A stretch of 55,487 bases of DNA from Prasinococcaceae sp. CCMP 1430 (Eukaryota > Plantae > Prasinodermophyta): contig RQSC01000892.1 of the NCBI GenBank assembly GCA_013416795.1, positions 1 through 55,487 on the forward strand, written 5' to 3'. Positions 23,278 through 35,421 of this stretch are shown here, piece by piece. A program made the translations under genes and the position numbers. The notes beneath the pieces were generated by a model. The model was given only the letters and a program-made list of their open reading frames with translations. It was not told the DNA's origin and did not search any database. The stretch's first letter is position 1. Every line of letters begins with the position of its first letter.

Positions 23278-25249
23278 TTACGTCGACGCCGCAGGGACGG
23301 GTGCATGCGCGAGCACAGCCCAGCACTCGTGCGGTGCCTTGCTACCGTCCTCACCAGCGGCCACGCGCATGTCCTCTTGACACATATGTCGCATGAAGTA
23401 CCACTCGAGCACGAACACTGCGATTAGCCCCACGTGCATCAGCTGGTGTGAGTGCAGCAGCATGTCATACCTCCCTGGGGCACGCGTGTTCTTTTCAGGG
23501 TATCGTGCCGCGAAGACGAGCGCTGCAACTGTGCACAGAGCTGTTAGGCTCACCGCAAAGTACGCCTCCTCGCTGTGGAAGCGCGAGGCGCTCGCCAGCC
23601 ACACCATGGCCAACGGCAACGCCGTGATGCACACACTACTCGCGTTTGTGCCACGGTGACCAAGCAGGCCGTCGCCGCCGCCGCGCGCGTCGTGTCAGCT
23701 CTCTACGCGCGTTTTATTCGGCAGAGCTGGTCGGCCAACTTCGCCAGCGCGAGCTTGGGCGAAGGAGGCGCCTTCGCAAGCGAGTAAACGGCGGCGAACA
23801 TGTGGTGCCTGCGGCAGCTCACTTCACGCACCTTGTTCGCGCTAGCCGCCGCGTGGGGATCTTCACGCTCCAAAAGGCAAGCACCGAGGACCTCCACTCC
23901 CACGCGCAATACACGTACAGGGCCACAAGCGAGCTGGCGTAAGCGTGTGGCCAGCAACGCCGCAGGGCGTAGTGACCGATTGCGGCATACTGGAATGGGC
24001 AAATCACGAACATCTGGACGGTCACGTCAAGATTGCGCCACAAGAACTGAGCGTGTCCGTGATTGGGGAAAGGGGGAACGCAAGGTAGAGTGGAGCGAGG
24101 GTGTGAGAGCGTCAGCGAGAAAGCGCACCGAGGAGCGTACCGTACTTCGAAGTACGTATCTGCCCGCCAGCCACGCCCGTCTCGCTCGCGTTGCACGCAC
24201 GCACAAGCGCGCGCGCTCTCGCACCTTCGTGCGCTCGCTAACGCCTGGAAACAGGTGGTTGCCAAGCGCGAACGGGCAGTGAAGCACAGGCGCCGAGCAC
24301 ATGAGAGCGAATGCCAGACGGTCCGCCTCAGGCGCCTGGCGGAGGAACGTCACTTCAGCCACGTGCCACAGGTAAGCCGCGATAGTCGCCAGCGCGACCA
24401 TCGTCCACGCATTGCCCGTCTCGTTGTGAAGACGAAAGAGCGAGCGCAGGGAGGCGCGGTATTTGCCCCTGCGGTGCGCGCGCGCGCATGCGTGCATGGG
24501 CGTCGGTAAGTGCGACCTTCGCATGCCCAGCCAAGCCTGCGCGAGCGAGTGCGGGCGTGGACGGGTGCCGGTTGGGGTTGGGGATAGAAGGAGGACTGTG
24601 CGCGAGGAAGGGGCGCGCGTGCGTACCAGTGCGTGAGGCCATCCTTTGGCACGAAGTAGCCCTCGAGGATGTGCCCGCGAACCATCCAGGATGGCGCCGC
24701 CTCTGCGCTCAGGAGTAGGTGCGCAGGCGAGTGCGTTCGCCCATGCTCATCCAACGTCGCCCCACGCGCGTGTTTTGGAGCGTGCGAGTCTGCATCCGCA
24801 CTTGCGCAGCCATTGCTGCGCCACCGCAGTAGTCGGCCCCAGCCCCATCGCCCCCTGTGCTCGCCCTTTTGCAACGTCCGCACTTCCGTGCATGGGGCGT
24901 ACGTCCCCTTCCGGTCGCCTGCGTCGGCTGCGTCCACAGCCACGCCCAACGCTGCGCTTTGCGCGCCATCGCCGGCACGATTGGCATCGTTGGCCTCGCA
25001 GGGCGCGGCGCAGTCGTCGAAGGGGCTCCGACCAAGTGTTGGCAAAGGAGCACGTCCGGTGCTATCGCCAACCTCGGCCTGGGCCTCGGCCAGGGGTGCA
25101 TCCACGGCGATGTCGTGTGCATCAGCGTGGACGGCTTCATGGGGGTGCTGCGTCACCACAGCCGGTGCGTCGCTGGACGCCGCCCCTAAATGATCGGGAT
25201 CGCGTGGGAACTCGCGCGCGGCATCGCCTGGCCCGACGCCCACCCGCAT
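23278..25249 (-). CDS. PAQR/hemolysin-III family heptahelical membrane protein (AdipoR/HHP-like)
   Basis: APSWMVRGHILEGY, SLFRLHNETGNAWT, YPEK..PGRYDMLLHSHQLMH. Three GT-AG introns, e.g. 23636-23822. Confidence 0.88.
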
Positions 25250-25799
25250 ACCACGCGCGCCACCAGCTGCTCCCACGTGAACACTCCCGCACCGCGGTCT
25301 CCGGGTCAGGAGCGAAACGCGCGTGCCGGACTGCCTGGGGTCGCCAGGCGCATGCGCACGCACCGCCGCAAGACGCACGCACCCTCCCCCCTCCCCCCCC
25401 TCGCGCGCACGCGCGAGGGCGGGTTGCTATGGCGCGCACGGGGGGGGGGGGGGGACGCCCCGCCCGCGTGCCACTGCGCGCCACTCCCCCGGCGCTACCG
25501 CGCACGCGCCGGCAGGCGCCCCGCCACTCTCGCGCGGCACCCGCTCCGCCCCGCCCCGCCCTCGCTCCACGCCTCAACCAACAGCGCGGTGTCCGACCAG
25601 CGAGCGCGCGCGCGGCCGGCCGCCGCTGCGCGGGCTCGCCGCCGAACCGTCTACCATCGATGATGGTACACACAACCCGAGCCGACAGCCGCGATCGCGC
25701 CGTCCCTGGCGTTTCACTTTCATTTCCCTTTCCGGTGGCCGACGACGGCGCTCGTGCGGACGAATGTGCATGTATGTAAAGTAGTCTATGCTGTCCATT

Positions 25800-26015
25800 G
25801 ATCACCGGTGGATTACATTCCCACACTGTGTGTGGGAACCATTCGTCGCGGTGCGGGCGGATGGCAGCGTGGTGACGAGGGGCGACCCTGACTTCGGCGG
25901 CGAGGTCGGTGTCGTCTCGCCCAGCGACGTGGACGCGATCTATTCGGCAAACTATGAATTCGCAACAGTCCAATACTGTCATGCACGTTACAATGTGGGG
26001 CGACCAGTGGCAGCT
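25800..26015 (+). pseudogene. Decayed RCC1-like repeat fragment
   Basis: FVAVRADGSVVTRGDPDFGG..DVDAIYSANYEFATV in one frame, with VTMWGD following in a shifted frame. The consensus W is replaced by R. Confidence 0.6.
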
Positions 26016-26272
26016 CTTCTTTCGCCGATGCCGGCGCCGTCGGCAGCAGCGGTGGCTCCGACGCCACGACCTCCTGCCCCGTGCCCTCGACGCCCCGGCA
26101 CCGCTCTGCTTATTCCGTGCCTGCGCGTGGCCCATTTCACGGGGTGCACCATGAGCGGCGGCTACGTCTCTCGGGATCAGCCGCGCCCCGTGTGCAGAGC
26201 GCCGCCGACGCAGGTCGTGCAGGTGTTCAACGCATGAGCGTGTGCGAACGCGATGTCTCATTGGAATCCTTC

Positions 26273-29200
26273 TCAATGCCTCACAGCGTGCACCATCTTC
26301 TCCCATGACGTCTGCCATCGTGACTCAGAATTCAGAAGCCGGATGGCCTCTTCCTTTTGTTGGCGCACCGCCTCGTAGACGTGCTCTTTGTACTGCTCCA
26401 GGGCATTGTTGCGCGCCAGCATGAGGCAGTGATTGGCAGCGATATCGAGCCCCACGACAGGTGCCTCGTCCTCGCCCTCGCTTTCAGCCTCGCCCTCGGC
26501 GTCAGCAGCGTCTGCAGTGCCCACCTTACCGTCTACGCCAGCCGTGGCGCAGTCAGCATCGGCACTCTGCGATTTCTGTGCGCCTGGTGCAAGCGAGTGC
26601 AGGTCGATCCAACCCGCAGCCTCGAGCGTGAGCACGTCCTTGTCGGGCGGCTCCCACGTGCGCAAGTGGAAGGGCCGCGCCTCATGCTGCACGAGCTTCA
26701 CTTCGCCCTCACGTCGCTTGGCGTCGCGCTCACGCCACAGTTCACGGAGGTTCTTGCGCCTCAAGTGGTCGCCACCTGCGCCGCCCATCGCGCCGCGGCT
26801 TCCCACGGCATCGTCGCCTGCTTCGCCTGTGTCTGCACCCGCTCCGCCGCTTACGCCCGCTCTGCCGCCTTCACTATCCGCGCCGGCACCGACACCGAGC
26901 GAGGTGCTCTCAACGAGGTCATCCGGCATGAGCAAGTTGTCGAAGAGCGCTGCCATGGCCTTGGTGATGCTCATGAGACGCGCCCGGTACCGCGAGGCGG
27001 CGCGTGCCACCTCCTTGATGCTGGCATTGGCGTAGGCTACCACTGCGTCCACCGACATGTGCGCACGTTCCACCTCTCGCGCACAGAGTGCTTTTAGCTC
27101 ACTTTCGCGCGAGGGATCGGAGAGCCCCGGGCGCAAACTGTCGCGGTGGTTGTTCTGCATCTGCTCATGGCGCGCGTGTTCCGCCTCAAATTGCTCACGC
27201 AGGGGCCCCAGAGCCTTGCTTCCGTGCGCACGCGCACCCGTAGTCAAGTCAGAGAACACCGCCGCGGGGACGCGCACCAGGCCTTTCGATACGGTGATCA
27301 CCTCCCCGCGGAGCTCGGCGGCAGCCGCGGCCACATGCGCTGCACAACTCCTGCTGAGCACGTTGAGCTCCCTATCCAGCACATTTGTCATGGCTTCAAG
27401 GCTGTCAGGGATGCGTTGTGGTCGCGTGGGGGCGCGTGGCTCTTGCTTGTCACGCTTGTCGTAATATGCTGCCGCTGCAGCCGACAGCGCCGTGCGCGCC
27501 TCCTCGCACACCGCTTCAACGACTGTACGTACAGTCATGACGTCGGCAGCATTGGCATGCCTTTGCCCGCCCTCTGCGTCCGTATCTCCCTCCATGCCGG
27601 CAGTGCCTTCCGCGCCCTCCCGTGCGTCCAGCTGCTCGAGGTCGACCTCGGTAAAAGCGAAGTTGCCAGACTTGAGACAGGCGAGCGACTTGGCACGTGC
27701 CAGCAGCAATGAGGCGAGGCGACGCAACAGGCGCAGGATGTCGCACCAACGCCCACCGCTGCTGCACAGAGAAGCCGCACGCCGCGCTGCCGAAGAGATT
27801 TCGGCTGCTGCCGCATCTGACGCCTCGAAGGCATGGCGCACCTCGGAACGAGCGCGGTTCAAGATATGGTCGAGGGACTCAATGAGAAGCAGATCCTCCC
27901 GGTGCGGACCGACGGCGGCTTCGAGCGATGCGGCGAGCTCCTCTGCCCTTGCAACGTTCGCCTCCTCAAGTGCCGCCGCCTCGGTCGCCTGCTGCTCAGT
28001 AACACGCGCTGCCTCGGCGATCATCGCGCTCAGGCGTGCCTCGCACGCCGCCACGGTGTCGGGGGACCACGCGCCGCACGCAAGCACCGGCTCCGCCCCC
28101 GGCGCGTTGCCCAAGTGTGTAGTCGCACTGGACATCGCCGAGCGGGTGGCTTGGGCAGAGCTGCCATCGGATGCCCCAGCGTCGACGACATTACTGCCAT
28201 CTTTTCGGAGAGCGCCGTCGCTGCTCATGCCCGCTCTGTCTTCTTTGGTAGCCTGGAGGCCATCCCCGGCTCCAGCGTTGGCGGTTGTTTTGGCAGTCGC
28301 TGACCTTGCGCGGCCCATCGGCTCTTCGACGTCTGTAGGCTTGAGATGCTCCTCAGCGAAGCGCGCGCTGGCGTCCTCCAAGGCCTGGCGCTTTGCGTCG
28401 GCCTTCGCCTGCATGGCGCGCGGTCGCCGCGTCAGCATTGCGCGCATGTAACCATGAGCGCAGAAGAGCTGCGCAGAGGGGTGCGGGATGGCTCGGGGCG
28501 CGGCGCAGCGTAAAATGTCCATGTCATCGCACCTTGAGGTCTCCTGCCATCCTTTTGGCCATCGCGGCGATGACATCCTTCTGAGCGGCGCACTCTCGCC
28601 GCTTGATGTCGAGCGATGCACTCGAAGACATCGAGCTAAGGGATGGTTCGAGTGCTGCAAGCTTCTTCAGTGCAGCGGCTAGTGTTTCCCTCGCAGAAGT
28701 CACCTGCTGTGCATACGCCTCCTCGCGGCGCGTGGTCTCGCGACCCGCGCGACGCATGTAGCGCTCGAATGTGCGCTGCTGCGCAACCAACTCGGCGAAG
28801 CGCCCCGCGCGAAGGTCCTCTTCGACGATGCCCGCGCGCGGGCGATGATCACGCAGCCGTTGGTCGAGCTCGTCGGTGCTGGCCTCGGACTTGCTCTTTT
28901 CCCACACTAGCACTGCCGCCTCGTTTGCGCTACTCACACGCTCCAAATGGTCGAGGGTCGAACTGCGCACAGCCTCGAGTACTTCTCGCATCGGCTGAGC
29001 CGGGATGGCAATCGCTGCCACACATGGCTTGCCGCTCAGCGCGCGCTGCGGTAGCGATGGTGCGTGGCGAGCTGCCGCGGGGCCGGTCGATGAGTTTGAT
29101 GGCGGACCACTTTCACCACCCACTTCCTCGACCGTCGTACCAGCGGTCGGGTCTGTTGCGGCCTCGACCGCCTCGACCGCCTCTCCCTCAGTCCCGTAGG

Positions 29201-31301
29201 CGACGGTGCTGTCAGCGCCCTCGACCTCCTTGGCGCCTCCTTTGCCCTCAGCAACACCTTTGACATCATCGCCCGCTCTGTCGCTGCTTTTTGGCGCGAT
29301 GAGATCAGCAAAGACGGTGTCGTACAGAGATTTCACGCACGCGAAGCGTGTACCGCGTGACGTAATCACAGGCGGCAGGCTCAGGTCTACCAATGGACCC
29401 GGCCCCACCTCCTCAGCGGCAGCGCCCTCCTCATCCTCCTCAACGCCGTGACACCCCCCAGCTGCCACGCCAGCTTCACCCGCGGTTGTCTCGGCACCGA
29501 CCTGGTCATCGGCAGGTGCGGCGGTTGGGCCAGGGCGAGGCGGCTCGCAGTTGTGGAGCAAGCCGAGCATCGCACAAACAGCGACCTCGTGTGCATTGTC
29601 GTCGTCGCGAGCATCGAGCGGGTAGGCTTGAATGATACCAAGAGACTCACGATGGAACGCGCGGTAGCCATCCTGGATCGTGTTGAGGGCAGACAGTGCC
29701 TCCTCCACCTTTCTGTCGAGCACTGCCTCCGTAGGACCCTGGCGCAGCTCGGCGCACGCGTGCGCGAAGGCCGTTTCGTTCGCGTCGTCGGCGCTGTCCG
29801 CGGCCTCGCGACACTGCAGCAGTGCAGCGTCAGCCTTCGCCCGGCGTGTTTGCGTCGTGATCACATGTCCCTCGATGCGCTGCGCCACGGCGCTCAGGAA
29901 AGCCCCCAAAGCGGCCATCAGCTTGTCATCGCCGCGCGCACAGTGGTCGAGGTAGGCGGCCACGTCGCTGTGCAGCGCTTCGGAAGCGCCGCGGCGCTGG
30001 GTGACGAGAGCGAGGCACTCCCTCTCAAGCCGCTCGCGTGCCTCCTCCGACGCGAGTCCTCCGTCGCCCGCGAAGTGCGCGACGTCTTGAGCGAGCGCAG
30101 CATACGCCCCCTTGCACTCGAGGTCGACGATTGCCGCCGCCTCTGAGAGGCGCAACAACGCCCGCTCGCGTGTCCGAAGCCAGTCTTGTCGTATGGCGTG
30201 TGCGCCGTGCATCCACGCTACAACACCCTCCTTGGTGCAGTGCGGTGGCAACAGCAATCGCGCCGCGGACACGTGCCCTACCATCGCGTTGTGGGCGGCC
30301 ACCTGCCGCGCCGTCAGGTCCTCGAAGAGCTCGGCAACGCTGGGCGGGTCCACCACCGCCTCGGAGTCCATATACTCCTTGAAGCGTGATATCTCCTGAT
30401 CGGTGCGCAACTGCCTCCAGTGCATGGCCCCAGCCTCCCAGCGTTCGCGGCAGTCCTTCTCGAACGTGACCTCGCGGACGAAGAGGCGTCGCGTAAGCTC
30501 GGTGTGAGAGCGGCGATTAGCGAGAATCGCAAGGTTTGCCTCGTGGGCGCCCACCTCGACGATTCGCTCCACCTCGCCCGCAGCGACGTGTGCGATATCC
30601 ATGAGCTCGCGGAGCATGAACGCGAGTGCTGCCTCAAGGCCCGCGCGGCGCTCTGCCTCGGCGTCGGCGAGCTCTGCCTCGAGAGCGGCGATCCACTCGG
30701 AGCGACGAGGGAATTGTGCGGCTACATCCTCCCATATGCGCATCACGCCCTCGGCCTCGAGGACGATGAGCGCCTTGTCCGAGGTTGTTGCGGCGAGTTC
30801 TGTCTCTATTTCGGCGTTGCTTTCCACCAGACGAGCATCGAACGCGGCCACGGCTGCGCGCGTCGACGCCGCAGCGCGCTCGGCGGCGGCAGTGGCGCCC
30901 GCGCGATAGCTCTCCACCGCGCTCGCGTGCCGCGCGGCGCGCGCTCGATGCATCGAGCGCACGCATGCGAGCGGCTCGGCGCTGGGCTGCGCACGCATGC
31001 CCGATGCCCTGTGTATCGAACCGTGCTGCACGGTAAGGGCGCGCACTTCGGCGATCGCCGCATCGGCTGGGTCGGCTTTGCTGCCGCCGCAGTCAGTGAC
31101 AAGTTTGGACTGCCGCAGCGCCGCCGCCGATGCGCGCTCGCGTGCTGTCGGGTTGGCGCCCGCCAGGTCAGCGCCGCCGCCATCGTGCCGCCGGCGCTCG
31201 GCCGTGAGCGCCGACAGCAGGCTTTGCTCGGCGGTGAATCGCTGCAGCATCGGGCGCACACCCTCATCCAGGAGCGCCGCCGCGGGCGGGCGTTGCACCA
31301 T
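26273..31301 (-). CDS. CCDC180: CCDC180/CFAP76 (DUF4455 + DUF4456) ciliary coiled-coil protein, 2 exons
   Basis: ANLAILANRRS..L, WRQLR..ISRFKEYM..E..VDPP (DUF4455-like). C-terminal HRDSLRPGLSDP..ELKALCAREVER and ARNNALEQY..ESRWQTSWEKMV (DUF4456-like). Intron 28409-28532. Confidence 0.85.
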
Positions 31302-31487
31302 CGCCGCTTTCAGGTCGCCTGGCCCCGCGGCGCGCGCGCGGCGCCGCGCGCGCTCTGTGGCGCGCCGCAACCGGCAGCGCAGCGGCAGGCCCGCGCGGCA
31401 GGCGCGAGCGCGCTCTCTCTCGTACGCGTCAGGCGCCCCCCGCGCGCCGCGCGGGGGGTGTCCGCGCCGGGCTGCGCCGCGCAGCGG

Positions 31488-31511
31488 TTTCCCGCCGTCG
31501 CCGCGTTTGAA
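31488..31511 (+). promoter_or_regulatory. E2F site (TTTCCCGC) plus CHR-like TTTGAA upstream of ASPM
   Basis: tttcccgcc at 31488-31496 and tttgaa at 31506-31511, 40-65 nt before the ATG at 31553. Confidence 0.55.
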
Positions 31512-31552
31512 AAAAGAGAGGCTCTGTGTGGGACGCGCGGGACGCGCGGGCG

Positions 31553-34500
31553 ATGGCATGGCCCGATGGGGCCGCCGAGGCAAGGGATGGCCGCCGGGGG
31601 GCTGTGGCTGAGTGGCGGGTGGGGGCATTTGCTGCCGCAGCGCCGTGGGTACAGGTTGCGGGCACTGCGGGCGGCGGGGACGTGCGCGCTCCCGTGCGGC
31701 TATTCAACGACACGGCCGCGGAGGCGCTGGTGACGCTGGAGCGGGCGCCCGGAGCGGGTGTCGTGCTCCGCATGGTGGGCGAGGGCGGCGAGGCGTTTGC
31801 AGCGGCGCGCCTACCCCCAGGCGGTGACGAGCTCCTCGAGGTGTGCTGGGCGCCAGCACGGCCGGGGAGCGTCGTGCGTCGGGCCGCGTTCGCACTGGAC
31901 AAGCGAGTGCGCGCGGAGCTCGTCGTTCTTGGCACTGCGGTGCGTGGGGCGGGTGATGACGCCGTCGGTGTCCACACAGCGAAGCGCACGGCCGCGGAGC
32001 ACACGACGTCATTGCCTTTATCACCAGGCGTGGCTCCTGCGCCAAGTAAGCGCGCGCGGCGCGGCAGAATGCAGGCGTCGTCCTCGGCGGCGTCAACCAA
32101 GCGCTTGTCTTTGCGCAAGCCGTCCTCCACGTCAGGCGTGCGCCAGGCCGTGGCTGCAGCGGCCACCATGCGACCATCTTTCGCGTACTTCCACAGCGAT
32201 ATGTGGATGGAGAAGCAGGAGCGAGCGTATTCACGCTGGCTCAATCAGGTGCTGCTGTCAGAGGGCTCGGGGCACCGCTCGGGGCCCATGTCACGATGGG
32301 AAGTGCAGGATGCAAGACTCGCCGGAGCCAGCGCTCTAAGGGCCGAAATGTGGCAGATGTACTCGCAGCGCGAGGCCAGCGCCGGCGGGCACGGTAGCGT
32401 TGCTTCCAGCATGCGGCGAGTGGATGAGCACGTGGACGGTGGCAAGATCAGCGTACGTCGGGACGTCGACCTGCGCGGCGACCCCGGCGTGCGCCTGCAC
32501 CTGATGACCGCGCTCATGTCGTATGATCCTCTCTGGCTGGCGATCGCGATGGACATCGCGATCGGGGACGCACCCCTCGAGGTCGCCACGCACGATTCGA
32601 GAGAGGCAGCTTCTTCGGCGGTGGCATCCTACGCGCTTAACTTTGTCCTGTATTCGCCAGAGGTGGCCGCGCGCTATAGCGGCAGGCAGGAGATTGAGGG
32701 GATCTCGTTCAAGGAGGAGCTGTGCCGCGCGGCGCTCAAGAAGATCCTGTTGCTTGTGCTGTTGCTGGACAGGGCCGCGCTCGCAGGTGTCGGAGGCATC
32801 GGGACGCTGGAATCCGGGCCTCGGATTGGTGCGTCCATGCCACCCCTGTTTCGCCCTGGCGCATCTTACAGCTCTTCGGCAGACGTGGTCGCGAGCCTCG
32901 CCGCAACGCCGGCTGGCGCTGCAGGGTCGGGCACCGCAGTGGCGCGTGCGTTTCTTCTCGGCGAGGGCAACCTGCCTAGGCATCTGAAGTTCTTGGGCTA
33001 TAGCGTGCATTACGAACAGCCGCCGGCCGCTGGGTACGACTATCGTGTGACCAACCTAGCCGAGGACATGCGCGACGGCGTACGACTGTGCCGGCTGGCG
33101 GGCGTTCTCACAGGCGACTGGAGCGCTCTCACAAATGCCAAGGTGCCCGCAAACAAGCAGCATCAGCGCGTTGCTAACGTCGAGCTGGCGCTAGAGGTGA
33201 TGCGGCACGCGGGCATGCGCGACGCTGGGCAGGGTACTATCAACGCCACCAGCGTGGTCGAGGGCAGCCGCACTGTGACGCTGACGTTGCTGTGGAGGAT
33301 CGCTACCACGTGGCAGATGCCAGCGCTTGCTGCTCGCGATGCCCTGCGCAACGAGGCTGCGCGGCTACGCTCGCTGGCGCGCGACTCCCCGCGCGCATGG
33401 TACGAGAGCCGCCACGCGCCACTCTCGCCACGGTGCAAGGAAGACTGCGGCGAGCACGCAGCTCTGCTACTTGAGTGGGGATCGGCGGCATGCGCCGCGC
33501 ACCCAACACACCCGCGCGTGGTCGCCAATCTCGGCGACGCTTTTGCCGACGGGACCGCTCTCGCCACTCTGATCAGCTTGTACGTTCCTCACTTGATTTC
33601 GGGACCAGATATTGCGACGGTACGAATCGACGACGGCGCGCTGCCATCGACGTGGTCTGGCGGCATCGGGGGAGCTGGCGCGCGTGAGGAGGCTCTGGAA
33701 TGTGCTGCCACCAACAACGAACTCGTGTGCAAGGCCGTCGATGCCCTTGGCGGGTGCGCCTCTGCCGTGTTCGAGACGTCCGGCGCCGATGTTCCAGACC
33801 CTCGCGCGGTGGCTCTCCAGCTTGCCTTTCTGGCTGAGCGACTCCTCCCGTTGTCGGCCGCCGAGCGTGCAGCCACAATCATTCAGTGCACGTGGCGTGC
33901 CAAAAAGGAGCGCGAAGCGCTCCCTACGCGAACGGCAGCAGCACTTGTGATTCAGCGGCGATGGAGAGCGCATGCGAAGCGACGAGGCGTGGCGGCGGCG
34001 ACGCTCCAGGCGCACTGGCGGGGGCACTGCGTGCGCGTGACGCTCCGCGTCACAGAGCGCGCAACGACGATTCTGCAGGCGGCCTGGCGGTCACAGATGG
34101 CGCGCCGGCTGGTGCATCACCATTTCGTGGTCGCACCGATCCTTGCAACTGGAGTTGATGCCGTTCAAGCCCTCAAAGGCGTCGTGGCCCACCGTCTCGC
34201 CGCAGCGACTTTGATACAGGCGACGTGGCGTGGAACACGCATCCGCCGCTCGGTCCGCGTCATGAAGTCCGCTGCTACGCGCATCCAAGCCAGGTGGAGG
34301 GCGCACACGGCGGCAGCACGCTTCCAGAAGCTGCGTGAGGTCGTTCTCGAAGTGCAGGCAGCATGGCGCATGGGCCGCGCGCTCCGCGTGGTGGTGCAAG
34401 CCGATCTCGACGCGGCGGCTACAGCGGTCCAAGCGGCTTGGCGAGGCCGCGCCGTGCGCTTGGCTTCTTCTGGCGACGTACTCGAAGCCAGGCTGGCGCT

Positions 34501-35326
34501 CGACCGTGCCGTTGCCAACGCTCGCCCGGAGGACACACTGTGGAGCCGGGTCACTGCAGCTTTGCGCACGCTCGAGGCCCATGGCGCGCTATCGTCGTCA
34601 GAGGCAGCATTGTCCTGTCAGGTGCTCGAGGAGGGGACGCTGTACTCGCTCAAGATCTGCGAGCTCATCGCAAGCGGGCCACATGCCCATCGCCTCCTGA
34701 TGGTCGTGCGCGCAGCTGGGCGAGCAGCCGAGCACGTGCACGTGGTCCAAGCTGCCCTACGCACACTGTCGAATATCTGTCATCACGCGCATCTAGCCGA
34801 GCGCGTGGCACGTCTCCCTGAGTGCGGGCTCGTTCTGGCCGAGAAGCTGCAGATCTACCGTGACAAGGCGCAAGTATTCTGCGCCGCGTGCTCTGTGCTG
34901 GAGTGTGTTGCCCGCGACCCAGAGCGTGCCAATGTACTCGTCCGGAGCGACCCGAAGACCCCCAAGCGGCTTGGAAAACTCAGAACGGTCCTCGTCAAGA
35001 ATGCAGGCGCCGATGATACGTGGCTGCGCAACCGTGGTCGTGCTCGGGCACAGCAGCAGGCTTCCGCGGGCGGGGCGGCCGCGCCGGGGGCGGCTACCGA
35101 TGGGCCCACCTTGGCGCCTGGAATCACCCCCCATGGCCTCGCCGCGCGCGTGCGCGTGGCGAATTCCTCCGAGCAGGTTGTCATGCTCGACCGCCTGTTG
35201 GTACTGCTCTCAGTGGTGGACTCGGCCGCAGCCGGCGACGGCAGCGGCGCGACTCCAGGGCACGTGAAGGCTAGTGCGGCTTCGAGGCCGCGCGCGGCGC
35301 TGCGTGACCTGACGCAGTGCTCGTAA
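31553..35326 (+). CDS. ASPM: Abnormal spindle-like protein (ASPM/Asp): ASH-like N-terminus, CH domains, IQ repeats, helical C-terminus
   Basis: MEKQERAYSRWLNQVL, SYDPLWL, GEGNLPRHLKFLGYSV, YRVTNLAEDMRDGVRLCRL and multiple IQxxWR motifs. Confidence 0.93.
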   Translation: MAWPDGAAEARDGRRGAVAEWRVGAFAAAAPWVQVAGTAGGGDVRAPVRLFNDTAAEALVTLERAPGAGVVLRMVGEGGEAFAAARLPPGGDELLEVCWAPARPGSVVRRAAFALDKRVRAELVVLGTAVRGAGDDAVGVHTAKRTAAEHTTSLPLSPGVAPAPSKRARRGRMQASSSAASTKRLSLRKPSSTSGVRQAVAAAATMRPSFAYFHSDMWMEKQERAYSRWLNQVLLSEGSGHRSGPMSRWEVQDARLAGASALRAEMWQMYSQREASAGGHGSVASSMRRVDEHVDGGKISVRRDVDLRGDPGVRLHLMTALMSYDPLWLAIAMDIAIGDAPLEVATHDSREAASSAVASYALNFVLYSPEVAARYSGRQEIEGISFKEELCRAALKKILLLVLLLDRAALAGVGGIGTLESGPRIGASMPPLFRPGASYSSSADVVASLAATPAGAAGSGTAVARAFLLGEGNLPRHLKFLGYSVHYEQPPAAGYDYRVTNLAEDMRDGVRLCRLAGVLTGDWSALTNAKVPANKQHQRVANVELALEVMRHAGMRDAGQGTINATSVVEGSRTVTLTLLWRIATTWQMPALAARDALRNEAARLRSLARDSPRAWYESRHAPLSPRCKEDCGEHAALLLEWGSAACAAHPTHPRVVANLGDAFADGTALATLISLYVPHLISGPDIATVRIDDGALPSTWSGGIGGAGAREEALECAATNNELVCKAVDALGGCASAVFETSGADVPDPRAVALQLAFLAERLLPLSAAERAATIIQCTWRAKKEREALPTRTAAALVIQRRWRAHAKRRGVAAATLQAHWRGHCVRVTLRVTERATTILQAAWRSQMARRLVHHHFVVAPILATGVDAVQALKGVVAHRLAAATLIQATWRGTRIRRSVRVMKSAATRIQARWRAHTAAARFQKLREVVLEVQAAWRMGRALRVVVQADLDAAATAVQAAWRGRAVRLASSGDVLEARLALDRAVANARPEDTLWSRVTAALRTLEAHGALSSSEAALSCQVLEEGTLYSLKICELIASGPHAHRLLMVVRAAGRAAEHVHVVQAALRTLSNICHHAHLAERVARLPECGLVLAEKLQIYRDKAQVFCAACSVLECVARDPERANVLVRSDPKTPKRLGKLRTVLVKNAGADDTWLRNRGRARAQQQASAGGAAAPGAATDGPTLAPGITPHGLAARVRVANSSEQVVMLDRLLVLLSVVDSAAAGDGSGATPGHVKASAASRPRAALRDLTQCS

Positions 35327-35421
35327 CCAAAAATAATTATCGCGCCACTACGACTCGTGCATGCGCCATGCATCCCGATGACAATGTGCTACCACATCGT
35401 CGATGTCAAGGTGCACGGCAC

